Shown: positions 1-8,021 of the stretch, in pieces
Position numbering within the stretch: the stretch's first letter is position 1
How the letters are laid out: the number at the start of each line of letters is the position of its first letter
Source: an uncultured bacterium
GTDB taxonomy: Bacteria > UBP14 > UBA6098 > B30-G16
Assembly: GCA_965552135.1 (NCBI GenBank)
Contig: CBEVQY010000031.1
Location: 1-26,637, forward strand
Length of the DNA stretch: 26,637 bases
Direction: 5' to 3'
Made by a program: the position numbers and the translations under genes
Notes under the pieces: generated by a model
The model's input: only the letters and a program-made list of their open reading frames with translations
The model's database searches: none
Told to the model about the DNA's origin: nothing

Positions 1-2
1 GC

Positions 3-593
3 GAGAGGATGCGCATAGACGAAAACGGCAACGTCGGAATTGGGACGAGCTCGCCATCCTACAGGCTCGACGTCAACGGCGATGGGCGTATAAACGGCGA
101 CCTTGTTGTGGTTGGCACACTGTCGAAGGGCGGCGGCTCCTTCCTCATCGACCACCCCCTTGATCCCTTGAACAAGACGCTGAGGCACAACTTCGTTGAG
201 TCGCCCGAAAACCTCTGCCTCTACCGCGGCAAGGTCAGGCTCGATGCGGAGGGGAAGGCTATCGTCCACATGCCCGACTATTTCGCCGCTCTGACCAAGG
301 AGGAGGAGGCATCCATAAACCTGACGCCCGTCGGGAGACCGTTTTCGGTTGGCGCGGAGTGGAACGAGGGGTGCACATCCTTCACGATTTACGGCGAGCC
401 CGGGCGTGAGGTTTGGTGGATGGTCCTTGCCGACCGCGACGATCCCGTAATACGCATGCTGCGCCGCCCCGTGGAGGAGGAGAAGGGAGGCGACAACTTC
501 GAGCGCGGCAAGCTCCTCTATCCGCAGGCTTATGGTTATCCCGACAGCATGGGCGTTTGGTGGCATCCGCAGGCTTCTGCGCGCGCCCGATAG
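3..593 (+). CDS. C-terminal part (5'-truncated by the window) of a tail-fibre/adhesin-like protein with a GNVGIGT repeat and an IDHPLDP-type C-terminal domain
   Basis: The frame is open from base 3 (ERMRIDENGNVGIGTSSPSYRLDVNG), a typical fibre beta-repeat. It is followed by SKGGGSFLIDHPLDPLNKTLRHNFVESPE...YRGKVRLD...MPDYFAAL, a C-terminal module I recognise from fibre-like proteins. Stop TAG at 591-593. Confidence 0.75.
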   Translation, partial: ERMRIDENGNVGIGTSSPSYRLDVNGDGRINGDLVVVGTLSKGGGSFLIDHPLDPLNKTLRHNFVESPENLCLYRGKVRLDAEGKAIVHMPDYFAALTKEEEASINLTPVGRPFSVGAEWNEGCTSFTIYGEPGREVWWMVLADRDDPVIRMLRRPVEEEKGGDNFERGKLLYPQAYGYPDSMGVWWHPQASARAR

Positions 594-686
594 CTTTTTC
601 AGCCGCCGGCTTGTGCGCGAGGTCGTGACCACGCCGCAAACGCAGTGACCTCCTGTCGCACACGGACCGCGAAAGGCTAATTCCTT

Positions 687-740
687 TTGACAGGCAACGA
701 GTCGCAGACTATCTTTTAGCGACGCAGCTTTCTGGAGGGG
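687..740 (+). promoter_or_regulatory. sigma70-type promoter and RBS of the S8 peptidase gene
   Basis: TTGACA (687-692), 17-bp spacer, TATCTT (710-715); GGAGGGG (734-740) lies just before ATG 744. Confidence 0.8.
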
Positions 741-743
741 GAT

Positions 744-3488
744 ATGACGAGAAAGGTCTTTTTCGTTTTCGCCGCTGGGGTCTTTTGGGTTGCGTCCTTC
801 GGTCTGGACTGCGGGTGGTCGCGGGATCGGTTTTTGGTGATGTTCGAGCCCGAGCCCAAGCTTGTGTTCAAAAGCTGCAGCGACGGCATAGTCCGCTGCG
901 GGATAGAGGAGATAGATGCCCTTATGGAGCGCTTTCGCGTCCGCCGCGCCAAAAGGATCTTCCCAGAGGCTACCAACCCCCGCGTGAAGCGGCTGCGATA
1001 CCCCGTGAGGAACCAGTACCTCCTTGTTGCCGACGTCGATTCGGCCGATATCCCCCGCATATGCGAGGAGTTTCGGAAGTGTCCTTACGTCCGCTTCGCC
1101 GACCCGAACTACTGGCACCCCATCCTGCGCGAGCCAAACGACCCCTACTACCACCTGCAGTGGTATCTGGAGAAGATCGAGGCGCCCAATGCGTGGAATT
1201 ACATAACGGGCTGCAGGGAGATACTTGTGACGACGTTGGAGGGCGTTGAATGGTATCACCCTGATCTTTACGATAACCTGTGGGTCAACCCCGGTGAGGA
1301 TCTTGACAGCGACGGCGTTCCCTTCGACCCCGACGACATAAACGGCGTTGACGACGACGGCAACGGCTACGTTGACGACTTCATCGGCTGGGACTTCATC
1401 GACGACGACGACGTTGGCGACGAGGTTTTGGACCCCACCGACGAGGCTGGCGAGGAGGACAACGATCCGGACGATTGTCCTCGCAACGGGCACGGCACGC
1501 ACACGACGGGAGTTCTTGCCGCCGTCGCGAACAACTCCGTCGGAATTGCCGGCTTAAACTGGCGGGCGTCCATCGTTTGCCTGCGAACGGACGTCACCCC
1601 CGCAAGCGGCATCGGACATCACATAAGCGCGGCTGTCATCCAGGCGCTGCAGTATGCGAGGGAGATGGAGCAGCTCATAGATGTTTTCAGCTTGTCTTAC
1701 GGTGATACGTTCACAAGCACCACGGAGCGTTATTATCTTAATCAGGTTTACCACGCTGGCGGCGTTCTGTTTGGTGGCGCGGGGAACGACGCCGTTTCCA
1801 CGAGATTTTATCCTGCGGCTTACTCCATGGTGATCGCTGTGGCCGCCACCGACCAGTATGACCGGAGGGCTTATTTCTCCAACTACGGCGACTGGATCGA
1901 CGTTTCCGCGCCGGGAGTTGCGATATACTCCACAGTTCCCGACAGCGACTACATCGCCTGGGACGGCACATCGATGGCAACTCCCGTTGCTGCGGGTATC
2001 GGAGCGCTGTTGCGGTGCGCATTCCCCGATTCGGCAAACGACTGGATCAGGGAGAGGATCGAGTACGGCACCGACAACATCGACGACCTGAACCCGGAGT
2101 ATGCTGGCCTTTTGGGCAGCGGGCGCGTGAACGCATTTAAGGCGCTCTTCCAGTGGAGGTATCCGTACCTTCTCCTCGATTCCTTCGTCGTTGTCGACGG
2201 CGACGGCGACGGCAGGGTCACCCAGGGCGAGGAAGGCGAGCTTGTGATCTACGTCCACAACGACCCCGAGTGGCAGCCCGGCGAGGATATCGTGCTTACC
2301 GTCACAAGCGACGACAGCGGCATCGTCTTTATAGATAGCGTTGCCGAGCTTGGCTCGATAGCTCCGGGCGCCTGCGCGAACAACGCCGCAGACCCAATAA
2401 GGTTCACCATGAGCCCCGATGAACCGTGGGGTCATCCCGTCGAGATTAAGCTTTTGTTCACAAGCTCCTCAAGCGACTTTGAGTTCGAGAGGAAGATAAG
2501 CTTTATGCTCGGCTGGGCGCCTGTTTTGGTGTACGACTGCGACGGCGGCGACGGGTATGAGTTCTACATCTGCAAAAGCCTCGAGAGGGGGCAGGTGGTC
2601 TACGACGTTTGGCATCGCGACTCCGCAGGTCCACTCGACCCAGAGCTTGCAACGAACTTCTTCAAAACGTTTATCGTCCTCACGGGCGACCTCGATACGA
2701 ACGTCTTCTCGCCCGAGGAGATCTCGCTCTTCGAAAGCCTTGCTGATATGGGCAAGGATTTGATCCTTACGGGGCAGTACGCCCCCGATTTCCTCGCCGA
2801 CGGCTACGAGGATTTCCTCGCCGACTACTTCGGCGTTCTGCACGACGAGGACGCCGTTTTGCGCGTTTGGACGATGGACATCCGGGGCGTTGAGGGTGAT
2901 CCCGTGGGTGATGGTCTTAGGCTCAACGCTTTTGCCTCCTCCGACGCGGCGGGGAATCAGTTCTCAGCGGGCGCATGCTTCGTCACAGGAACCGACGCAA
3001 TGGGCTTCCTGAGGTACTATTCTGATCCCTACGGCTCGCGCTACTGCGCCGTGAGGAAGGAGCTCCCCTCGGGCGCGAAAACCATGCTCTTTGAATTCGG
3101 ACTCGAGGGCGTCACCAACGGATCCGTCGGATACTCCGACAGAGATTCGCTTGTTGCCAATATGGTTCGCTGGCTCGGCTACGAGTACGTTGGCGTTTCG
3201 GACGGGGCTTTGCCGCAGCCGAGGCGGTTTGCCGTTCGAGCATTCCCAAATCCGTTCAACTCGACAACAACCATTGCCTTCCCCGCTTCGGGCTATTACT
3301 GCGTGGAGGTTTACGACTTCTGCGGCCGCCTAGTCAGGCTCGTTGAAGACGGCTTCGGCGAGGGCGAAGTCTCGGTCGTTTGGGACGGAAGGGACGATTC
3401 TGGGGCACCCGTTCCCGCGGGGATGTACCTCGTGTGCGCAAAATCCGGCGCAAACGCCGCCGTGACAAAGGTCGTGCTCGTAAAGTAA
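744..3488 (+). CDS. secreted S8 (subtilisin-family) serine peptidase with a C-terminal FlgD-Ig/T9SS type A-like sorting domain
   Basis: Signal peptide and prodomain, then PNDPYYHLQW, HGTHTTG (His), GAGND (oxyanion Asn), FSNYG and GTSMATP (Ser), with an Asp-rich DDDGNGYVDDFIGWDF insert. The C-terminus reads AFPNPFNSTTTI...WDGRDDSGAPVPAGMY...KVVLVK. Confidence 0.93.
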   Translation: MTRKVFFVFAAGVFWVASFGLDCGWSRDRFLVMFEPEPKLVFKSCSDGIVRCGIEEIDALMERFRVRRAKRIFPEATNPRVKRLRYPVRNQYLLVADVDSADIPRICEEFRKCPYVRFADPNYWHPILREPNDPYYHLQWYLEKIEAPNAWNYITGCREILVTTLEGVEWYHPDLYDNLWVNPGEDLDSDGVPFDPDDINGVDDDGNGYVDDFIGWDFIDDDDVGDEVLDPTDEAGEEDNDPDDCPRNGHGTHTTGVLAAVANNSVGIAGLNWRASIVCLRTDVTPASGIGHHISAAVIQALQYAREMEQLIDVFSLSYGDTFTSTTERYYLNQVYHAGGVLFGGAGNDAVSTRFYPAAYSMVIAVAATDQYDRRAYFSNYGDWIDVSAPGVAIYSTVPDSDYIAWDGTSMATPVAAGIGALLRCAFPDSANDWIRERIEYGTDNIDDLNPEYAGLLGSGRVNAFKALFQWRYPYLLLDSFVVVDGDGDGRVTQGEEGELVIYVHNDPEWQPGEDIVLTVTSDDSGIVFIDSVAELGSIAPGACANNAADPIRFTMSPDEPWGHPVEIKLLFTSSSSDFEFERKISFMLGWAPVLVYDCDGGDGYEFYICKSLERGQVVYDVWHRDSAGPLDPELATNFFKTFIVLTGDLDTNVFSPEEISLFESLADMGKDLILTGQYAPDFLADGYEDFLADYFGVLHDEDAVLRVWTMDIRGVEGDPVGDGLRLNAFASSDAAGNQFSAGACFVTGTDAMGFLRYYSDPYGSRYCAVRKELPSGAKTMLFEFGLEGVTNGSVGYSDRDSLVANMVRWLGYEYVGVSDGALPQPRRFAVRAFPNPFNSTTTIAFPASGYYCVEVYDFCGRLVRLVEDGFGEGEVSVVWDGRDDSGAPVPAGMYLVCAKSGANAAVTKVVLVK

Positions 3489-3489
3489 A

Positions 3490-3703
3490 ATGGAAAAGCG
3501 GTTAGCCGTCAAACGGAGGGTCTTCACGATACTTGAGATGGCTGAGGAGGGGGATTGGGCGAGCAGGGTCTGTTTTGGGGATTGGGCTTTTTGCTCTGCC
3601 GGCAGGCATAATAGCCTCGGGCTTTGAGCAGGAGATTCGCAGGCGGGAGCGAAAGGGGATTGTGTGCCCCCACTGCGGCAGAAGGATAACGGAGGAGGGT
3701 TGA
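3490..3703 (+). pseudogene. internally deleted, frameshifted remnant of an ion transporter (voltage-gated K+ channel-like) gene
   Basis: Not in the ORF track. ATG 3490 reads MEKRLAVKRRVFTILEMAEEGDWASRV, a channel N-terminus. The +1 frame from 3572 reads VLGIGLFALPAGIIASGFEQEIRRRERKGIVCPHCGRRITEEG* (S6 helix and CPHCG tail), and its TGA overlaps the iorB ATG. Confidence 0.78.
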
Positions 3704-4281
3704 TGTCCGTCACATCGATATTCATCACTGGAGTAGGTGGTCAGGGGACGATACTTGCGAGCGAGCTTTTGTCGGAGGTTGCGCTTAGGGCGGGCTACGA
3801 TGTGAAGAAGTCGGAGGTGCACGGTATGGCGCAGCGCGGTGGGTCGGTGGTAAGCGCCGTGAGGTTCGGGGAGAAGGTGCACTCTCCGCTTGTGACTCCC
3901 GGCGAGGCGGATGTCCTTCTTGCCTTCGAGCCCCTCGAGGCGCTGCGCACGCTGCACTACGTGAAGCCCAACGGCAGGGTCATCGTAAACTCGCGCCCAA
4001 TAATGCCCGCCACCGTGGCGTCGGGCGCCGCGGAGTACCCAGGCGATATCTTCGGGAAGATCAGGTCGGCTGTGCCCAACGTCATCATAGTCGACGGGGT
4101 TGGGCTCGCAAAGCAGGCCGGAACCGTAAGGGCGGTGAACGTGGTGCTTCTGGGCGTCCTCTCCAACTTCCTGCCCTTCGCGCCCGAGGAATGGGAGGGG
4201 GTTATAACCTCCCGCGTCCCTCAAAAGTACGTCGATGCCAATCTGAGGGCGTTCAGGCTCGGCAGGGAGCAGGTAGGGTAG
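3703..4281 (+). CDS. iorB: indolepyruvate:ferredoxin oxidoreductase subunit beta
   Basis: GVGGQGTILAS, SEVHGMAQRGGSV and SPLV..GEADVLLAFEPLEALR motifs; GGAGGAGG RBS before ATG 3703 (start moved from the track's 3664). Confidence 0.92.
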   Translation: MSVTSIFITGVGGQGTILASELLSEVALRAGYDVKKSEVHGMAQRGGSVVSAVRFGEKVHSPLVTPGEADVLLAFEPLEALRTLHYVKPNGRVIVNSRPIMPATVASGAAEYPGDIFGKIRSAVPNVIIVDGVGLAKQAGTVRAVNVVLLGVLSNFLPFAPEEWEGVITSRVPQKYVDANLRAFRLGREQVG

Positions 4282-4305
4282 CCCACAAACGCCGGAGAGG
4301 GTTAG

Positions 4306-5238
4306 ATGAGGCTTTGCGCTTTGGCATTGGCTTTGCTTTTGGCGGGCTGCTTCGGTCTTTCGATTTGGGATGGTGCGGGGACAGCGGCTTTCCCGTTTCT
4401 CCTTTCAAGCGACTGGGGCGCCTACGGTTCGAGCGTTGGGGGGGCGTGGGTTGGTTGGGCGCGCTCGCCCGATGCCTTCGTCTACAACCCCGCAGCAACG
4501 GCGCTCGCAAAGCGAAGGGGCGCAAGCGCATCGTTCGGTGCGTTTTGGGGACTGTTTTCAGCCGGTATGGCTACGTATTATCAGCCTGTGGGCGAAAGGG
4601 TTAAGTTTGCGCTTGCGCTGCCCTTTGTGTCGTACGGCGAGTTCCGAAGAACCAACGAGCTCGGGGAGTTGGAGGGGACGTTCTCCGCGGGGGATTACAT
4701 GCTCGTTGTCTCGGCGGCGCTCAGGGCGTCTAAGTCCCTTTGCGTCGGCGCTTCGGTGAAGGGGATTTACTCCGCCGCCGATACCTTTTCGGCATCGGCG
4801 GTCTGCGCCGATGTTGGGGTTCTGGCGAAGTTCCAGCGCGACAGGGTGAGGATGGGCTTCGTCGTCGCCAACCTGGGCGGAATGACCTCCGCATACGGCG
4901 ATGAGCGCTATCCGCTCCCCCTGGCGGCGAAGCTTGGGGTGTCGTACAGGCTCCCCGGCTTCCCCGGAACGTTCGGCGCGCAGGTTGAGTCCGGCTTGGA
5001 CAGGCTCTTTTGTGCTCGCGCAGGCGTTGAGCTCGATTTCCTCAAGCCGCTTCTGCTTAAGGTTGGGTACGTTCTCCGCAGGCGCTCGGACGAAGACCCC
5101 TCGGGCAGCGAGGCGCTCCGCGGTCTTACCGCAGGCGCAGGCGTCGACTACAAGCACCTCACTTTCGCGTACTCCATGCAGCACTTCGGCGCTCTTGGCG
5201 TCGCTCACACCTTCAGCGTGGGATATTGGGGATTTTGA
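4306..5238 (+). CDS. PorV/PorQ-family (UPF0164-like) outer-membrane beta-barrel protein
   Basis: Signal peptide; GTAAFPFL...GGAWVG...AFVYNPAA N-terminal motif; SYGEF..TNELGELEGTFSAGD and DVGVL segments; amphipathic strands with a terminal aromatic residue (VGYWGF). Confidence 0.82.
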   Translation: MRLCALALALLLAGCFGLSIWDGAGTAAFPFLLSSDWGAYGSSVGGAWVGWARSPDAFVYNPAATALAKRRGASASFGAFWGLFSAGMATYYQPVGERVKFALALPFVSYGEFRRTNELGELEGTFSAGDYMLVVSAALRASKSLCVGASVKGIYSAADTFSASAVCADVGVLAKFQRDRVRMGFVVANLGGMTSAYGDERYPLPLAAKLGVSYRLPGFPGTFGAQVESGLDRLFCARAGVELDFLKPLLLKVGYVLRRRSDEDPSGSEALRGLTAGAGVDYKHLTFAYSMQHFGALGVAHTFSVGYWGF

Positions 5239-5249
5239 GGGAGGTTTCG

Positions 5250-7472
5250 GTGAGAGGCTTTTTGCTTTTTTTGTTTTTCGGTCTTTTTTTGTTTTTCGGT
5301 CTTTCCTTTGGTGCATCGCCGTGGCCGCAGTTCCATCACGATGCGCAGAATACCGGCAGGAGTCCCTACTCGCCTCCGCCGTGCGACTCCACGGGGGTCA
5401 CGGTGCTTTGGGCGACGTACATAGGCGGCGTTGTGCGGTCGAGCCCAACGCTCAGCAACTCGGGCGATACCATCTACATCGCAAGCAACGACGACACGCT
5501 CTACGCCGTCTACAGAGACGGCACGATCCTGTGGCGCTTTCCCCTGCCCGCTGTGGCGAGGTACTCCTCGCCCGCTGTGGGGCCTGACGGCACAATTTAT
5601 GTAGGCTGCGACGCGGAAACACTCTACGCGGTCCGGCCCGACGGGACGAGGCTTTGGGCGAGGGAGTGCGTGTCGGACCACGGGATGTATCACTCCCCCA
5701 CGCTCGATGCCGGGCTTGGCAGGATTTATATCTGCTCCTTTTACACCGACACCCCTTGGCGCGGCTGGCTCAACGCCTTTCGTATGGACGGCACGTCCTT
5801 GTGGAGCCGAACGCCGGCCTTCGACGGCTCGTGGATGGTGAGCACGCCGGCGATCGACGAAAACAACTACATATTCACCACCGACTTCGCCAACGCCCCG
5901 GGAGGGCTTACATGCTTCGACACGTTGGGGAACATCGTCTGGACCTACACTCCTCCCATAACGGGCGAGGCAGACTTCCAGTCCTCGCCTGCGATAGATA
6001 CGGTGAGGCACAGGGTGTACTTCGGGGGTCAGTTTTACGGCAGCAACCCTGCTTCGCAAAGGCTTTTTGCCGTGGACTACACCTATTCCGGCGCCAGCAC
6101 GGCCTGGATGTATCACATGGGCGCTCCGGTTCAGTGGTGCACGCCCGCGATAAGGAAGGACGGGTCGATAGTGCTGGGCGCCAACAACGGGATTCTCCGC
6201 GCTTTCGCGCCCGATTCCGTTGTGATCTGGTCGTATACCTGTGGCGGCGCGATATTCTCCTCCCCCGCTGTCGACGATGACGGCAACGTCTACGTCGGCT
6301 GCGCCGATGGCTACCTTTACGGGCTCTGGTCTGACGGGACGCTTCGGTTTAAGGTCGACCTCGGCTCCCCAACGCGCTCATCGCCGGCCATAAGCGACGA
6401 CGGAAGGATCTACATCGGAACGGACGGCGGCTACCTCTACTGCATCCTCATCGACTGCACCCTGCCGCCGGCACCCGTGGTCATCGAGGACACCGTGCCG
6501 ACGTCGACCGTGTTCGATACCTGCAGTCACTTCGCCTTCTGGGTGCGCATCCCAGACAACGGCGATCCAGACATAACGGTCGCAGACACAGTTTGGCTTG
6601 AGACGTGGATATCGGTGGGGGAGAGTTGTCTGCATCAGTGCTTTCCACACGATACGATGGCAGCCTACGACATGGTGGAGGGCACAGGGGGAGTGATATT
6701 CATAAGCGACCACTACATCGACCTTCCGTTCGACACAAGCTGCGTTGGCGACACCATTTGTTACACAGCCGTGGCTTGGGCTTCGCCGTCCGACATCCCC
6801 GGAGATACCAACGTATTTTGCTTTGCCTTGCCTAATTGCTGTCCATACCCCGATACGTTCTCCGCGTACGATCCTCCCGACGGCGCGGTGGTTCCGTGCG
6901 ATTCGCTTGTGTGTTTGCGCTGGCGTCGCAACGACGACGCGGAATACTACGTCGTCTACATAAACGGCGTGATTTACGACAGCGTCTCGCAGTGGGTTCC
7001 GGCGCTGGATACGCTGTGTCACACCCGCGACACATCATTTTTGGGACCCGATACCGTTTTTTGGTTCATAAGCGCCGTCGACTCGTGCGGACAAACCTTT
7101 ACCGACACGATGTGGCTTTACGTGGAGCCGTGTTGTGCTCCGCCCGTTTTCGGTCTGCTTTGCCCCACGCCTTGCTGGCAGACCTCGGCGTGCGACTCGC
7201 AGGCGGTACTCTTTGCCGTCGTCGACACCGCAGGCGTGGGGATCGACACCACAAGGATCTTCCTCACCGAGGTCGTCGTCCACAGCGACGGAACGGCCGA
7301 CACGTCGGCTCTTGTCCCGCCCGCAGGCGAAATAACCTTGTCCGGGGATCTTCTGGAGCTCGACTCGATCGTCGTTGCGGTCTCCGGCAGCTGGAGCGAC
7401 GGCGACAGCGTAAGCATCTCCATCGATAGCGTCTTCACCCTCGACGGCTGCGTCGCTGTGCCGTCGCCTTAG
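5250..7472 (+). CDS. secreted PQQ-like (BamB-type) beta-propeller repeat protein with Cys-rich Ig-like C-terminal domains
   Basis: GTG 5250 follows a GAGGGAGG RBS. Signal peptide, WPQFHHDAQNTGRS, then about 8 SSPAV/I...G.IY.G..DG.LYA....G...W blades and a Cys/Asp/Thr-rich beta region. Confidence 0.85.
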   Translation: MRGFLLFLFFGLFLFFGLSFGASPWPQFHHDAQNTGRSPYSPPPCDSTGVTVLWATYIGGVVRSSPTLSNSGDTIYIASNDDTLYAVYRDGTILWRFPLPAVARYSSPAVGPDGTIYVGCDAETLYAVRPDGTRLWARECVSDHGMYHSPTLDAGLGRIYICSFYTDTPWRGWLNAFRMDGTSLWSRTPAFDGSWMVSTPAIDENNYIFTTDFANAPGGLTCFDTLGNIVWTYTPPITGEADFQSSPAIDTVRHRVYFGGQFYGSNPASQRLFAVDYTYSGASTAWMYHMGAPVQWCTPAIRKDGSIVLGANNGILRAFAPDSVVIWSYTCGGAIFSSPAVDDDGNVYVGCADGYLYGLWSDGTLRFKVDLGSPTRSSPAISDDGRIYIGTDGGYLYCILIDCTLPPAPVVIEDTVPTSTVFDTCSHFAFWVRIPDNGDPDITVADTVWLETWISVGESCLHQCFPHDTMAAYDMVEGTGGVIFISDHYIDLPFDTSCVGDTICYTAVAWASPSDIPGDTNVFCFALPNCCPYPDTFSAYDPPDGAVVPCDSLVCLRWRRNDDAEYYVVYINGVIYDSVSQWVPALDTLCHTRDTSFLGPDTVFWFISAVDSCGQTFTDTMWLYVEPCCAPPVFGLLCPTPCWQTSACDSQAVLFAVVDTAGVGIDTTRIFLTEVVVHSDGTADTSALVPPAGEITLSGDLLELDSIVVAVSGSWSDGDSVSISIDSVFTLDGCVAVPSP
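5265..5300 (+). repeat. perfect 18-bp tandem duplication CTTTTTTTGTTTTTCGGT x2 in the signal-peptide coding region
   Basis: Identical units at 5265-5282 and 5283-5300, encoding LFLFFG twice. Confidence 0.95.
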
Positions 7473-7483
7473 GGCGATTTTCC

Positions 7484-7526
7484 TTGCCTGTTCGAAGGAT
7501 CGCGGTAAATTTTGCTTAGGCAAAAT
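7484..7526 (+). promoter_or_regulatory. putative promoter of the usp operon with an overlapping inverted repeat
   Basis: TTGCCT (7484-7489), 16 bp, TAAATT (7506-7511); inverted repeat ATTTTGC-TTAG-GCAAAAT (7509-7526); GGGAGGGAG RBS downstream. Confidence 0.5.
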
Positions 7527-7542
7527 CGTAGGGAGGGAGACG

Positions 7543-8007
7543 ATGGTCACCGTCAAATCCGTTCTTGTTCCCACCGATTTTTCCGAAAACTCGAAGGTTG
7601 CGCTTCCCTATGCGGTCGACCTTGCGAGGAGGTACGGCGCAAAGCTCGTTGTGCTCCACGTCTTCGACGAGGATCTTCTGACGCCCATATTTTACGAGGT
7701 TGGCGGCAGCGCGGAGGAGTATTTCAACAGGCTTCGGGAGCGGTTTCAGGCTGCGGTCGACGATTTCCTCGACGGCGTCGACACCGAGGGTCTTGAGGTC
7801 GAGGCGCAGCTTACGAGCGGAACCCCTTTTGTCGAGATCATCCGCTTCGCCCGCGACAACGGGGTGGACCTCATCGTCATGGGCACGCACGGAAGAACGG
7901 GCATCGCACACGCCCTTTTGGGAAGCGTTGCCGAAAAGGTGATCCGCAAAGCCCCGTGCCCCGTTATGGTGGTCAGGCACCCTGAGTTCGAGTTTAAGAT
8001 GCCCTAA
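7543..8007 (+). CDS. uspA: universal stress protein (UspA family)
   Basis: VLVPTDFSENS at the N-terminus; DLIVMGTHGRTG...LLGSVAEKVIRKAPCPVMVV ATP-binding USP motif. Confidence 0.95.
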   Translation: MVTVKSVLVPTDFSENSKVALPYAVDLARRYGAKLVVLHVFDEDLLTPIFYEVGGSAEEYFNRLRERFQAAVDDFLDGVDTEGLEVEAQLTSGTPFVEIIRFARDNGVDLIVMGTHGRTGIAHALLGSVAEKVIRKAPCPVMVVRHPEFEFKMP

Positions 8008-8021
8008 GGGGAGGTGCTGCC

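Noticed and set aside
591..680. Pyrrolysine-type TAG readthrough of the first gene
   Set aside because: A 28-codon open stretch is unremarkable at this GC content, the extension looks non-protein-like, and no pyl genes are visible.
601..681. Intergenic hairpin as an integron attC site or a known riboswitch
   Set aside because: There are no correctly oriented RYYYAAC/GTTRRRY ends and no integrase, and I recognise no riboswitch consensus. It also lies upstream of the S8 promoter rather than in its leader.
1300..1480. GACGAC-rich low-complexity stretch as a DNA repeat or array
   Set aside because: It encodes the Asp-rich Ca-binding insert common in S8 peptidases and has no fixed repeat-spacer structure.
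3664..3702. Track's N-terminal extension of iorB
   Set aside because: The RBS and family N-terminus point to ATG 3703; the upstream bases belong to the channel remnant in another frame.
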